In this document: in pieces, positions 43,552 through 52,927 of the stretch
How the letters are laid out: each line of letters begins with the position of its first letter
Position numbering within the stretch: position 1 is the first letter of the stretch
NCBI GenBank assembly: GCA_964415435.1
Contig: CAYPZT010000001.1
Location: 870 to 64,869, forward strand
Direction: 5' to 3'
DNA: 64,000 bases
Source of the DNA: an uncultured Gammaproteobacteria bacterium
Lineage (GTDB): Bacteria > Patescibacteriota > Microgenomatia > UBA1406 > GWC2-37-13
Notes under the pieces: generated by a model
Databases searched by the model: none
What the model saw: only the letters and a program-made list of their open reading frames with translations
Told to the model about the DNA's origin: nothing
Program-made: the position numbers and the translations under genes

Positions 43552-43662
43552 CTATACACCGATAGAGATCGCGGACTTGTGCGTATCTGTCCTATGCTCC
43601 AGGGTAATCATGAGGTAGCCGACCAAAAAACAAAGCGTTGCACCTATAAAATAGATCTCCAT
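43552..43662 (-). CDS. candidate 36-aa membrane peptide
   Basis: Own translation MEIYFIGATLCFLVGYLMITLEHRTDTHKSAISIGV; extended -10 TGcTATAAT (43680-43672) lies 9 nt upstream. Confidence 0.3.
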   Translation of the reverse strand: MEIYFIGATLCFLVGYLMITLEHRTDTHKSAISIGV

Positions 43663-43709
43663 AAAGAAGCGATTATAGCAAAAAGCCGTTGCTTTGTTAC
43701 AATGTAATC

Positions 43710-44714
43710 ATGTCCGACACGTATATATTCGACCCGCTTGCCACCGATGAAAAAAGCCGCATTCGAGGTATAGGAAGATACATGCAGATTATGAGGGAAA
43801 ATCTAAAAGATGGGTTTAGATTTACACCAAGCCTTAAGGATATCCCTTATGATTCTACATTTGTTAACCCTTTCATTAATTTTCTTACTCCTCCCCTTAT
43901 TCAAAAACGTGTTGCACGCAAACAGGTCGCAGTTATCCATGATCTCATACCCCTCAAGTATCCTGATCACTTCCCCACCGGCATCAGGGGAAAGTTCGAC
44001 ATCTTTTTGAACAAACACGCGCTTAAAAATTACGACATGATCGTGACGAATTCCGAAACAACCAAAAAAGACGTTGTTGAGATGCTGCAAATCAATGATA
44101 AACAGGTAAAGGCAATCTATCCTGTACTACAAAAAACATTTACAGCTGCCGCGCCGGAAACCATTCCCGGCGACCTTCCCACGAAGTATTGTATTTATGT
44201 AGGAGACGCTACCTGGAATAAAAACCTAGTAACACTCGCGAAGGCAATAAAGGAAATTAACGTTACATGTATATTCGTCGGAAAAGTGTTTGGAGAGAAA
44301 AACGTAGATCATCCCTGGCAACAGGAGCTGAAAGATTTTCTTAGTCAAACTGCCGGTGACAAACGGTTTATTTTCAAAGGATATGTATCCGATAGTATGC
44401 TAGTTACATTATATGAACAGGCTGTAGTAAATATATTGTCATCACGGGATGAAGGATTTGGGTTTTCTTACTTAGAGGCCGCCTCTCAAGGCACCCCATC
44501 TGTGCTTGCCGACATACCAACTTTCAGGGAAGTCTCCGACGGAAAAGGAGCACTTTTTGCTCCGGTAAATGATGTTTCAGGCTTTTCTAACGCGATAGGC
44601 GAATTTTATTTTAGAAAGGGCCTGCGTGATGAATTTGGTTCTAAGGCTTTCCAACGGTCTAAATATTTCAAACCGGCTACATTTTCTGCTGAGTGGAAAA
44701 TTGTATCAGAATAA
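43710..44714 (+). CDS. family 4 (GT-B, GT1 clan) glycosyltransferase
   Basis: EGFGFSYLEAASQGTPSV (E-x7-E region). ATG 43710 lies 6 nt after extended -10 TGtTACAAT; the track start at 43689 is a TTG. Confidence 0.9.
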   Translation: MSDTYIFDPLATDEKSRIRGIGRYMQIMRENLKDGFRFTPSLKDIPYDSTFVNPFINFLTPPLIQKRVARKQVAVIHDLIPLKYPDHFPTGIRGKFDIFLNKHALKNYDMIVTNSETTKKDVVEMLQINDKQVKAIYPVLQKTFTAAAPETIPGDLPTKYCIYVGDATWNKNLVTLAKAIKEINVTCIFVGKVFGEKNVDHPWQQELKDFLSQTAGDKRFIFKGYVSDSMLVTLYEQAVVNILSSRDEGFGFSYLEAASQGTPSVLADIPTFREVSDGKGALFAPVNDVSGFSNAIGEFYFRKGLRDEFGSKAFQRSKYFKPATFSAEWKIVSE

Positions 44715-44733
44715 CGACAATAATACATATCTC

Positions 44734-44762
44734 TTGACACCTCTTCTGAACTGATCTATTCT
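44734..44762 (+). promoter_or_regulatory. sigma70-type promoter TTGACA-17-TATTCT, 10 nt before ATG 44773
   Basis: TTGACA 44734-44739, TATTCT 44757-44762. Confidence 0.5.
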
Positions 44763-44772
44763 CATACTAACT

Positions 44773-46191
44773 ATGGCAGGACGAAAACATGAAAAAATGA
44801 GTAGTTTTCTCCTTCGGATGTCCTTTATCGTTCTTTTAAGTGTGATCGCTATTGGAGGTCTCATTTTCGCTTTTACCTATGGACCTCTTACTCCTAATAA
44901 ATCCCGGGCATCGAACGCCGATCTCATAAAAGTAGATCCTCAAACAGGTGAATACTATGATATGCAGATCACGTCATATATCGAAACTTCTACCATTCCG
45001 CAGGGCGGACTTCTTTATAAAGCGAAAACGCGCTTCGAACTGGGAGGTGAGCGGGTTCTCGGGTACCGACAACTCTATGGTTTTCTTCAGGAGGAAAAAG
45101 GATATCTCGACAGGCCGTATATAACATTTGAATACCAAGGCGCAAGTTATCCACAGTTTAAATCGCAGGATGCGAATCTTTCATATGCCCAGTGTATCGA
45201 TCTCCATTCATCAACGACTCCAACTCAGGAGAATTACGTCGCAACGTTTTGCTATAGAAATACAGAAATTTCACCAGGGTCGACTACTCGCATCTACTCA
45301 CCAGCGGCAAATCCGTTCGTGGAAACCAATTACGTAGGAAAAAAACAGACGATGGCACAAATTCTTACTACTGCATTTAATAAATACCAAAACCCTGCTC
45401 CCTACACTGGACTGCCGGTCAGAAGAACACGCGTACATTACTTTACTATTGATCCTTTGAACTCCACACCCACTGACTTCAAAGATGCAACATACATCAT
45501 GCAGGGACTAACTCACGATCTGAATAACGAACAATATGATTTACTCTGTACTATCGGCACCGATTATCCTAAGAAATATCTGAAACAGTCCTTTGTCGTA
45601 AATCCTTTCCAAGGCGGCAGTAAGGAAGAAATAACAGAGCGTGGCCCAGGAGGATGTAGCTTCAGCTATGCATACAGTTCTTTTAAGCCGTTTTTTATAA
45701 GTCTTGATATGGAGGGCGGTGTCCCGCTTCCAAAACCCAGCCCGACTGCCACAGGACCAGTTCCAACCATATTGGTTTCAGAACCTCCGAAAAAACCAAC
45801 TCCCTATCCAACAAAAGCCACCCCGCCACCAACAAAATTACCGACACGAGGCCCAACCTCCGGACCATTGCCTGTTGCTCCAGCGATATCCAACACAACT
45901 CTCCCAACCGCAGTCCAGGGACGTAAATACTCAACCACCATAACTGCCACGGATACGAATCTAGATGAAAAAATTAGCGTTAAGATCGCTGGTCTTCCCG
46001 CCGGTATCTCGCAGGGTTCATGTGTAACGGGCAAATCTTACAATCAGATTTCCACTACCTGCCAGATTAGCGGAACAACGAGCAAGGCAGGTTCGGTAAA
46101 AATTACCGTCACCGCAACAGACTCAAGAGGATTGAGTACAAGCAAAGCGCTTATTCTTCCTATCAAATCAATAAGAAATATCTCTTTCTGA
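44773..46191 (+). CDS. membrane-anchored surface protein with PT linker and C-terminal Ig-like (putative-Ig-domain type) module
   Basis: Anchor, ~300-aa unknown domain, linker PKKPTPYPTKATPPPTKLPT, then LPTAVQGRKYSTTITATD...GLPAGIS...ISGT pattern. Confidence 0.8.
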   Translation: MAGRKHEKMSSFLLRMSFIVLLSVIAIGGLIFAFTYGPLTPNKSRASNADLIKVDPQTGEYYDMQITSYIETSTIPQGGLLYKAKTRFELGGERVLGYRQLYGFLQEEKGYLDRPYITFEYQGASYPQFKSQDANLSYAQCIDLHSSTTPTQENYVATFCYRNTEISPGSTTRIYSPAANPFVETNYVGKKQTMAQILTTAFNKYQNPAPYTGLPVRRTRVHYFTIDPLNSTPTDFKDATYIMQGLTHDLNNEQYDLLCTIGTDYPKKYLKQSFVVNPFQGGSKEEITERGPGGCSFSYAYSSFKPFFISLDMEGGVPLPKPSPTATGPVPTILVSEPPKKPTPYPTKATPPPTKLPTRGPTSGPLPVAPAISNTTLPTAVQGRKYSTTITATDTNLDEKISVKIAGLPAGISQGSCVTGKSYNQISTTCQISGTTSKAGSVKITVTATDSRGLSTSKALILPIKSIRNISF

Positions 46192-46212
46192 ACTGTGCTA
46201 TCCTAACAGTAC

Positions 46213-46407
46213 ATGGATCTTTTCATCTACTGCATTTTTTCTTTGTTTTACGTCATGGTGATCCACATGGCAATTGCAGTCCGTAAAGAATTCAACTTGT
46301 TTCTGATGACGGGAATATTTGTCTTGTGCGGAGCGGTCGGCTGGTATCTGCAAAGCTATGAAGTGGGATTTGCTGGAGCGATTATTTTAAGTCTTATCTT
46401 CTGGTAA
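46213..46407 (+). CDS. 64-aa two-helix membrane protein
   Basis: Track ORF, hydrophobic; overlaps the convergent tatD 3' end by 21 nt. Confidence 0.4.
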   Translation: MDLFIYCIFSLFYVMVIHMAIAVRKEFNLFLMTGIFVLCGAVGWYLQSYEVGFAGAIILSLIFW

Positions 46408-47223
46408 CCCGAAAAGTCTTTTTGAATTGCGTGTCGTTATCTTGGCAAGCTCTTCCGTTTTTATCCCGATAATCCCCGCAATGTACTCTATGATGAGAGG
46501 GATATTCTCAGGCCTGTTCGGGTATTTTTTTTCCGTACGCAAAGGCTCCGGTAAAAGAAACGGTGAATCTGTTTCAACAACCAGCATCTCTAGCGGAATA
46601 CTTTTTATAAACTCTTGCTTGTCTCTTCTGTAAGTAATATCTCCATCCACACCTATATACATCTCGTGCTTTTTTGCAAAGTCAAGAAGCTCCATGTCAG
46701 GCTCACAGCAGTGAAAGACAGATCTGCCTTTGAGCGTCGCATCCCATCTGCTATCAAGCGCGTTCAAGAGAACATCTTTCGCTTCTCTATTATGAACAAT
46801 GAGCGATTTGTTATGCTGCACCGCAAGTTCTACCTGTTTGGTAAAAATATCTCTTTGAAGAGAAATGAACCTTTCATCAACTGCATAATTCGTATACTTT
46901 GTCTGCTCGTACACATGCCTGTCCATCCCCACCTCACCCACCGCCAACACCTTTGGATGCTGAAGTAGGCTTTCGATGTCTTTTAATTCCTGTTTCTGTT
47001 TTTCTTCCTGCTGAGTAAGATCATATACATGATGAGGGTGGATACCCACAGCTGCAAATAGTCCTTCGTACTCCTGACTGATCTCAACTGCACGTCTTGA
47101 GCTGGTAACGTCGGTACCGGGAATGAGGACCAATGATACTCCCGATTTCTTTGCTGTTTCTATAACTTCGGGAAGCGTCTTCTTGAATGATTTAAAGTTT
47201 AGATGACAGTGGGTATCAAACAT
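46387..47223 (-). CDS. tatD: TatD family metal-dependent hydrolase/DNase
   Basis: MFDTHCHLNF, GEVGMD, HNREA, ETDSPFL motifs. Confidence 0.92.
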   Translation of the reverse strand: MFDTHCHLNFKSFKKTLPEVIETAKKSGVSLVLIPGTDVTSSRRAVEISQEYEGLFAAVGIHPHHVYDLTQQEEKQKQELKDIESLLQHPKVLAVGEVGMDRHVYEQTKYTNYAVDERFISLQRDIFTKQVELAVQHNKSLIVHNREAKDVLLNALDSRWDATLKGRSVFHCCEPDMELLDFAKKHEMYIGVDGDITYRRDKQEFIKSIPLEMLVVETDSPFLLPEPLRTEKKYPNRPENIPLIIEYIAGIIGIKTEELAKITTRNSKRLFGLPEDKT

Positions 47224-47321
47224 AGTTAACTATAAGTTGCAATCGGTTGAAATTAGTTTTAATCGGTACTAAGCTAAAGGGTATAATCGACTGTGACTGA
47301 TTATAACTGATTTAACTGACT

Positions 47322-47768
47322 ATGACTATTTTTATCGGTGCAGATCATCGGGGATTTGCGCTCAAAAACGAACTTATAGAATATCTCCAGGAAAAAAACA
47401 TCCGTGTCGAGGACCTTGGCGCATTTGAAGAGAATCCGTCGGATGACGAGGTCGACTATGCCAAGAAAGTAGCCGAGGCCGTGCTCCAAAAACCCGATGA
47501 GTTCAGAGGGATCCTTGTCTGCGGATCAGGTGCCGGCACGAGTATCATGGCGAATCGCTACAAGGGTATACGCTGCTGCGTTGCCCTGAGCGCTACACAA
47601 GCCAAGTTCAATCGAGAGCATTCACATATCAATGTGCTTGCGTTAGCCGCAGACTTTACCGACGTAGAGGAGGCAAAAAATATCGTTACCGCCTTCCTCG
47701 AGACACCTCCCAATCCCGATCCCAAATATCAGCGGCGTATAAGCAAGATGGATCAGGTCGGTGCATAA
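47322..47768 (+). CDS. rpiB: ribose-5-phosphate isomerase B (RpiB/LacA/LacB family)
   Basis: IFIGADHRGFALK, GILVCGSGAGTSIMANR, NVLAL motifs. Confidence 0.92.
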   Translation: MTIFIGADHRGFALKNELIEYLQEKNIRVEDLGAFEENPSDDEVDYAKKVAEAVLQKPDEFRGILVCGSGAGTSIMANRYKGIRCCVALSATQAKFNREHSHINVLALAADFTDVEEAKNIVTAFLETPPNPDPKYQRRISKMDQVGA

Positions 47769-48832
47769 TCTCCGCTTTCGTTTTTTTCTATATACCCCCT
47801 CAACTCAAGCGCTGTAAGAATTCCAAGAATATGCGTAATGGGCCGGGCGGTTTTTTCCACCAGTTCATCGACCGATAGTGGTGACCTGAGAAGTATGTCA
47901 AACAGGTCTGCCTCATCTTTACTGGAGAAAACCATCGCTTTTACCGCTTTTCTTTTTTCGATTCCAAATTCCTGAAGAATATCCTCGGGGCTTGTCGCAA
48001 GCCTTGCCCCTTCGCGGATGAGAAAGTTCGGCGCAAAGCCAACTGACGAAGTAATCGGTGAAGGCACCGCAAATACATCTCTGCCTTGCTCTGCCGCAAA
48101 CCTAGCTGTTATAAGCGAGCCGGAATCCTCGGCGCCTTCGATTACGAGAACTCCCTCGGAGAGTCCGGAAATGATGCGGTTACGAGCAACAAAAAGTCCT
48201 TTCAGAACAGTATGTCGCGGAGGAAATTCTGAGACGACGAGACCTCCACCTTCAACAATTTGATTGTAGAGTCTTCTATTGCTTGGCGGATACACAATAT
48301 CTACCCCACACCCCAAAACCGCGATCGTTTTCCCAAACTCCATCGATGCGGAGTGCGCGACACTGTCAACTCCAAGGGCCATGCCCGAGACAACAGTTAT
48401 ATCGTTTTGCGCTAATGCGCGGGCAAATAGTTTGGTCGTATAAATGCCATATGAGCTTATATTTCTCGTGCCGACAACTGCAAAACGTCTATGAATATTG
48501 AAATCATTTTTTGCAAGGTCGCCTTTGACAAAAAGACATATCGGCGGATCTGATGTTCTCAAAAGTGACCTCGGATAACGCGAATCTTCTTGTGTTAGAA
48601 CAGCTATGTAATTTTTTGTTAGATACCGATCTTCCTTCTCATAGTCAAACCGATTGACAAAGGCATATATCTTTCTACCTGTCTCGATCCCGAGAATGGA
48701 TTCAAAGGTCTTAGATGCTTCATTAAATATTTTCTCGACGCTTCCAAGAATGCTTTTAAGTTTTTTATACCGCATGGGACCTACCCCATCACAGTAGGAA
48801 AGACACAGGTGTGCAGCAAGTTTTTGATCCAC
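47753..48832 (-). CDS. dprA: DNA-processing protein DprA
   Basis: Rossmann-like core SGMALGVDSVAHSASM...AVLGCGVDIVYP...SEFP plus a C-terminal winged-helix tail; GTG start. Confidence 0.92.
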   Translation of the reverse strand: MDQKLAAHLCLSYCDGVGPMRYKKLKSILGSVEKIFNEASKTFESILGIETGRKIYAFVNRFDYEKEDRYLTKNYIAVLTQEDSRYPRSLLRTSDPPICLFVKGDLAKNDFNIHRRFAVVGTRNISSYGIYTTKLFARALAQNDITVVSGMALGVDSVAHSASMEFGKTIAVLGCGVDIVYPPSNRRLYNQIVEGGGLVVSEFPPRHTVLKGLFVARNRIISGLSEGVLVIEGAEDSGSLITARFAAEQGRDVFAVPSPITSSVGFAPNFLIREGARLATSPEDILQEFGIEKRKAVKAMVFSSKDEADLFDILLRSPLSVDELVEKTARPITHILGILTALELRGYIEKNESGDYAPT

Positions 48833-48950
48833 TTAATAAAGATATCTGTGCAGATTTTTCCCTTCTATCGATTATAGGCTACAATTATATATGGGTATAT
48901 ATAGCTTAATACTATTTCTTTAGACTTATGCAGAAGCACATTGCTATAGT

Positions 48951-48979
48951 TTGATAATCCCGATAGTATTTTGTATAAT
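48951..48979 (+). promoter_or_regulatory. near-consensus sigma70 promoter TTGATA-17-TATAAT, 10 nt before ATG 48990
   Basis: TTGATA 48951-48956, TATAAT 48974-48979. Confidence 0.65.
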
Positions 48980-48989
48980 GCGGGGCTAT

Positions 48990-51900
48990 ATGGCAGAAAA
49001 TCTTAGACAAAAAGTTATCCACTCCGCACGAAGCCTAAAAGATCGTACTTTCACGGGCGTTAGAGATTTAGCTACGCCATATCTTGGAATAGTAGACCCT
49101 CAGCAAATTCCTGCCGAAACATTTGACCGAACCGCCAAAATTCTTGATGCATTCTCCATAAAACATGATGTGACAGCAAATTACACAATAGCAAATGGCA
49201 TACATGGTTACTACGTAGATTATTTAGGAGAATATCAAAAGATATTAGCAAGAAGCACTACCGATATTGATGAATTGGTAATGATGGGTAATACACTTGT
49301 AGAGGGTCTCGGTCAATTTGTCAGTCCTTTCCCTAAAAATAATGCTACACCTCTCACAGATGCCCAAGCGTTGGTTGGCACGAGTGATTATAAAAGGCAG
49401 CTCATTGTACATTTGATGACCGGCGTCTATTTGGGTGAAATTGGCGATGCAGTAAAAAGATTACAGGAAGGTGGAATCGCTAAAGACGTTGAAACTTTAT
49501 TTGAACTGCAGAATAGTGTTCTCAATGCGCTTAGCACAACTGAACCAAAAGTTGTACGTAACTGGATATCTAGCCGTGGATCCTCTTCTCCAGGTAATAT
49601 ATTTGAGAAAACTCCCGACAAGGTAGAATTAGTGGAAGTTGCTCTAAGACTTCAGACAAGAAGAGACCTCGAAAAACTAAATACTAACCCGGCTGGAGCT
49701 GATGAACAACTTGCCGCAATATTGGGAGGCCATAAAGCTGCTCTTGAGGGAAGATATTTAGATCTTTTATCTGATGATCCTGACAAAAGAATGAGTGCGA
49801 TGCAAGGAATTATGAAGAACGACTTCCTTGTTACAAGTATGAGATCGATAGTACAACTTCAGGCTGGTTTAGATGACCCCAAATTTATAGGTGTTAGTGC
49901 TAAAGCTAAAACCAAAAATACTCGAAAAGCTGCAGGAATAGCACGGAAAGATACTGGTTTTCATGGAGCGCTTGCTAATGCAATTATTCCTTCTGAATCA
50001 CTCTTAAACGCACGAGTAGTTCACGTGCGTAATGACAAGCCTCAGCTCCAAAGAGCTCTGACAGACCTTTTTTTGACTGAAAGCGAATCGGCCAGAGAAG
50101 ACGATCAAGTTCAGTTTTCTGGTATATCTGCATACGATGCGATGTTTAACCGAACTCGGGATATATTACCGATTAAATGTCCGCAGGCAACTACAGACTT
50201 AAACACCTATGGTCAAGATAGGGTCGAGATTTCTGATCAAGGAGCTTATGCCCAAGAAAATACTGAGTTCCATCTTACAAGAGCACAAACGGCGGTTGGT
50301 ATGGCTGAACATGCCTTGAGTAAGCCTGAGGATCCTGTTCTTGCCGATCATGCCGCAGCGTACCTCACGTATGTTACCACTGACCTAAGCACCGAGGTTG
50401 GCGAAATCAATCAGTTTAAATCCGAAGGTCGTCACGCTATTGCAAATGAACTCATATCTTTACATCTAAAACCAAATACACCAGCAGTACTCCGTCAAGC
50501 AGTTAATCATGCCTTGCAAGAGATTGCAGCAAACTGGGATGAGGTCGATCAGCAGTATATTGTAGATAGTTTTCTTAGTGCTGGAGGAGCGAGTCCGGAT
50601 AGACTTCTTGGGGAAGGACGTCTCGGAGACTTTCTTATCAGACTCGCCTATCTAACTCCAGATTCTGTTCCTAATATTCCCAATAATGAGAGAGTAACAC
50701 CAGTCACATCGTATATACGTGAACGGATGAGAAACAGGATTAGAAACTACGCCTCATGGGACAATGGAACTACCGGCAATAGATCTATATACCGAGAGTT
50801 GCAAACATATGAAATACTAAAGAGTGAAGTTATAGTTGTGGATCAACCAACTGTGGCTGACGCACAGCGTTTTGCCCAACACCTTCAAATGATGAGTCAG
50901 GTCGACTCAAGCTTAAAAGTAGTTCGAACCTTAGCGGAAAAGTGGGGTGGTGCTTTTACTTCCCTTTCTACTTCAGAGTTAACTACAGAAAATAAAACAC
51001 CCATCGCCCTTAATGTTTATATCGCAAATAAGAATCTGTCCCCTGAGAATATAAATATGGTGACATGGGAAGAAGATATGAGAACATACCGACATGAGTT
51101 AAGCAAATTAAGAAGAAGGGCGCCACGTATGCTTCTTTATGACATTGTTGATATCGCTAAATTTGCGGCAAATGCAGAAGAAATGCAGGATCTTGCGCTT
51201 GCGATAGGAGAAACCGTAACCGCGGAGCTTGAAGAATTACTCTCGCCCCAAGTAACAGTAGAATTATTCGATCGAGAAACCGATGAAAAACTGAGAAGGC
51301 TTACTGAAGATGTTGGTGAATTAACCTCTCCGGAAGCACTTGCGGCTCTGATCGGCCAAACTAACGTGGCTGGAGCAATAACAACTATTAGAAATAATGC
51401 TTCCCTTGGTCCTTCTCTTGTACAGAACGGCCTCGCAAAAACTATAGAGACTGAATTACTGGCAAGAATTGAACAGATCAATGTGAATGACTTACTTCCA
51501 CATGTTTCAACCGTCCGAAGTCAAGAAGAAGCCACCCAAGCCGCAATTTGGAACGTGCTTGCTCCAATTTACACCTCATCGTCTCCTGAAAATGGGACTG
51601 GAGAAAATGGAACAGCAGGAGCAGTCCAGCAGGTTATGAAAATGCTTAATGGATCCGGAATGATAAATGCTAAAGTTGCTACTGCTTTATCAGCAGGGAA
51701 TACTCACGCAGAACTTAGTCAAGCAGTAGGCTCGACTGTTGGAGAAATGTTCACCGCCCGAAGACAGACACTACAAGTACTACAAAGAACGATAACGGCT
51801 ATTGCCGAATTAACTTACGAAACACTAACGGATTCAAAAACTCTTGATACCGATATGAAAGATAAGATTAAAAAGGCTCTTTTCAAGCAGTTTACAACCG

Positions 51901-52151
51901 GAATGGATTATATTACCGACACTCTCCAGGCTATGGAAGATCTTCAGTTTGCACAAAGTTCTTCGATAAGAGCAAGAGCCAAACTGGCAAGAGATATTGC
52001 AGGTTCAGTTGAAGCACGAGCAGCAGAAAGGGCTTTCTATGTAAAACAGGCGCGCGGTTTGGTGACAAATCTACTACATCTAGATCCAAAATACGTAGGA
52101 GAAAGAGCCCTTATTGAAGAAGAAAAGAAGAAGAAAAAGCAAACAAACTAA
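48990..52151 (+). CDS. 1053-aa soluble orphan protein, no recognised domain
   Basis: Uninterrupted ORF. Start set at ATG 48990 (MAENLRQK...) because the track's TTG at 48951 is the -35 box. No TM segment, signal peptide or catalytic motif seen. Ends in EEEKKKKKQTN. Confidence 0.85.
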   Translation: MAENLRQKVIHSARSLKDRTFTGVRDLATPYLGIVDPQQIPAETFDRTAKILDAFSIKHDVTANYTIANGIHGYYVDYLGEYQKILARSTTDIDELVMMGNTLVEGLGQFVSPFPKNNATPLTDAQALVGTSDYKRQLIVHLMTGVYLGEIGDAVKRLQEGGIAKDVETLFELQNSVLNALSTTEPKVVRNWISSRGSSSPGNIFEKTPDKVELVEVALRLQTRRDLEKLNTNPAGADEQLAAILGGHKAALEGRYLDLLSDDPDKRMSAMQGIMKNDFLVTSMRSIVQLQAGLDDPKFIGVSAKAKTKNTRKAAGIARKDTGFHGALANAIIPSESLLNARVVHVRNDKPQLQRALTDLFLTESESAREDDQVQFSGISAYDAMFNRTRDILPIKCPQATTDLNTYGQDRVEISDQGAYAQENTEFHLTRAQTAVGMAEHALSKPEDPVLADHAAAYLTYVTTDLSTEVGEINQFKSEGRHAIANELISLHLKPNTPAVLRQAVNHALQEIAANWDEVDQQYIVDSFLSAGGASPDRLLGEGRLGDFLIRLAYLTPDSVPNIPNNERVTPVTSYIRERMRNRIRNYASWDNGTTGNRSIYRELQTYEILKSEVIVVDQPTVADAQRFAQHLQMMSQVDSSLKVVRTLAEKWGGAFTSLSTSELTTENKTPIALNVYIANKNLSPENINMVTWEEDMRTYRHELSKLRRRAPRMLLYDIVDIAKFAANAEEMQDLALAIGETVTAELEELLSPQVTVELFDRETDEKLRRLTEDVGELTSPEALAALIGQTNVAGAITTIRNNASLGPSLVQNGLAKTIETELLARIEQINVNDLLPHVSTVRSQEEATQAAIWNVLAPIYTSSSPENGTGENGTAGAVQQVMKMLNGSGMINAKVATALSAGNTHAELSQAVGSTVGEMFTARRQTLQVLQRTITAIAELTYETLTDSKTLDTDMKDKIKKALFKQFTTGMDYITDTLQAMEDLQFAQSSSIRARAKLARDIAGSVEARAAERAFYVKQARGLVTNLLHLDPKYVGERALIEEEKKKKKQTN

Positions 52152-52209
52152 TAGACTATCCTGTTACCTCGTCTCCATTTTAATATCTACTCTATTACAA
52201 TAGATATAT

Positions 52210-52866
52210 ATGGATATCGCTCTTACTCCACTGGAGGAAGATCCTCAGAAAGTTGTTTCTCACATTAAGAGATTTTTTCCGTATCTGTCCCGTTTCCAAA
52301 TAGATGTTATCGACAACGAATTTGTTCCTGCAAAAACGGCGTCACCGAAAGATTATCTTGCCGCGCTTCCCATGGATAGTCATCATCGCTACGACTTTCA
52401 CCTTATGACTGTCGATCCGGTAAGGTATTTAAATGATCTTGTGCGTTATCCGTTTCTTCCCATCGAGTATATTCTTATCCACTCTGCAATAACTCCTAAC
52501 ATGAAGGCTATTCGCAATCAATTTCCTTATTTTCGTTTTGGTCTGGTGCTTAATTATGATGAGGATGTCGGCGAAGTCTCGAAAAAGTATGACTTTTCTT
52601 CTTTTCCGGTAGTCCAAATCATGACCGTGAAAACTGGTTATCAGGGTACGGCATTTTTGCCGGAGTCTTTGAAAAAAATTGAGGCACTTCGCTCCTTAGG
52701 ATATAAAAATAAAATATTTTTAGATGGTGGAGTGAATGATAGTTCTATTCAAGAGATCTGCAAGTCGATTCATAAACCGGATCTCATTGCGGTTGGCCAC
52801 TATCTCATTGATTCGCCTGATGCTGATATAAAAAAACGCATTGATCTTTTGAAGAATTCTTGTTAA
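52210..52866 (+). CDS. ribulose-phosphate 3-epimerase-like TIM-barrel protein (divergent)
   Basis: QIDVIDNEFVP, DFHLMTVDP, VQIMTVKTGYQGTAF and FLDGGVN align to the Rpe blocks H-x-D-x-MDG-x-FVP, HLM, M-x-V-x-PGF-GGQ-x-F and DGG. Confidence 0.6.
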   Translation: MDIALTPLEEDPQKVVSHIKRFFPYLSRFQIDVIDNEFVPAKTASPKDYLAALPMDSHHRYDFHLMTVDPVRYLNDLVRYPFLPIEYILIHSAITPNMKAIRNQFPYFRFGLVLNYDEDVGEVSKKYDFSSFPVVQIMTVKTGYQGTAFLPESLKKIEALRSLGYKNKIFLDGGVNDSSIQEICKSIHKPDLIAVGHYLIDSPDADIKKRIDLLKNSC

Positions 52867-52885
52867 AAAAAGCCTTTTCAAGATA

Positions 52886-52914
52886 TTGTCTTTTTTACCC
52901 TAGTGCGTTACAAT
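52886..52914 (+). promoter_or_regulatory. sigma70-type promoter TTGTCT-17-TACAAT upstream of eno
   Basis: TTGTCT 52886-52891, TACAAT 52909-52914, ATG 52928. Confidence 0.5.
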
Positions 52915-52927
52915 AGTTTCTCCTCAT

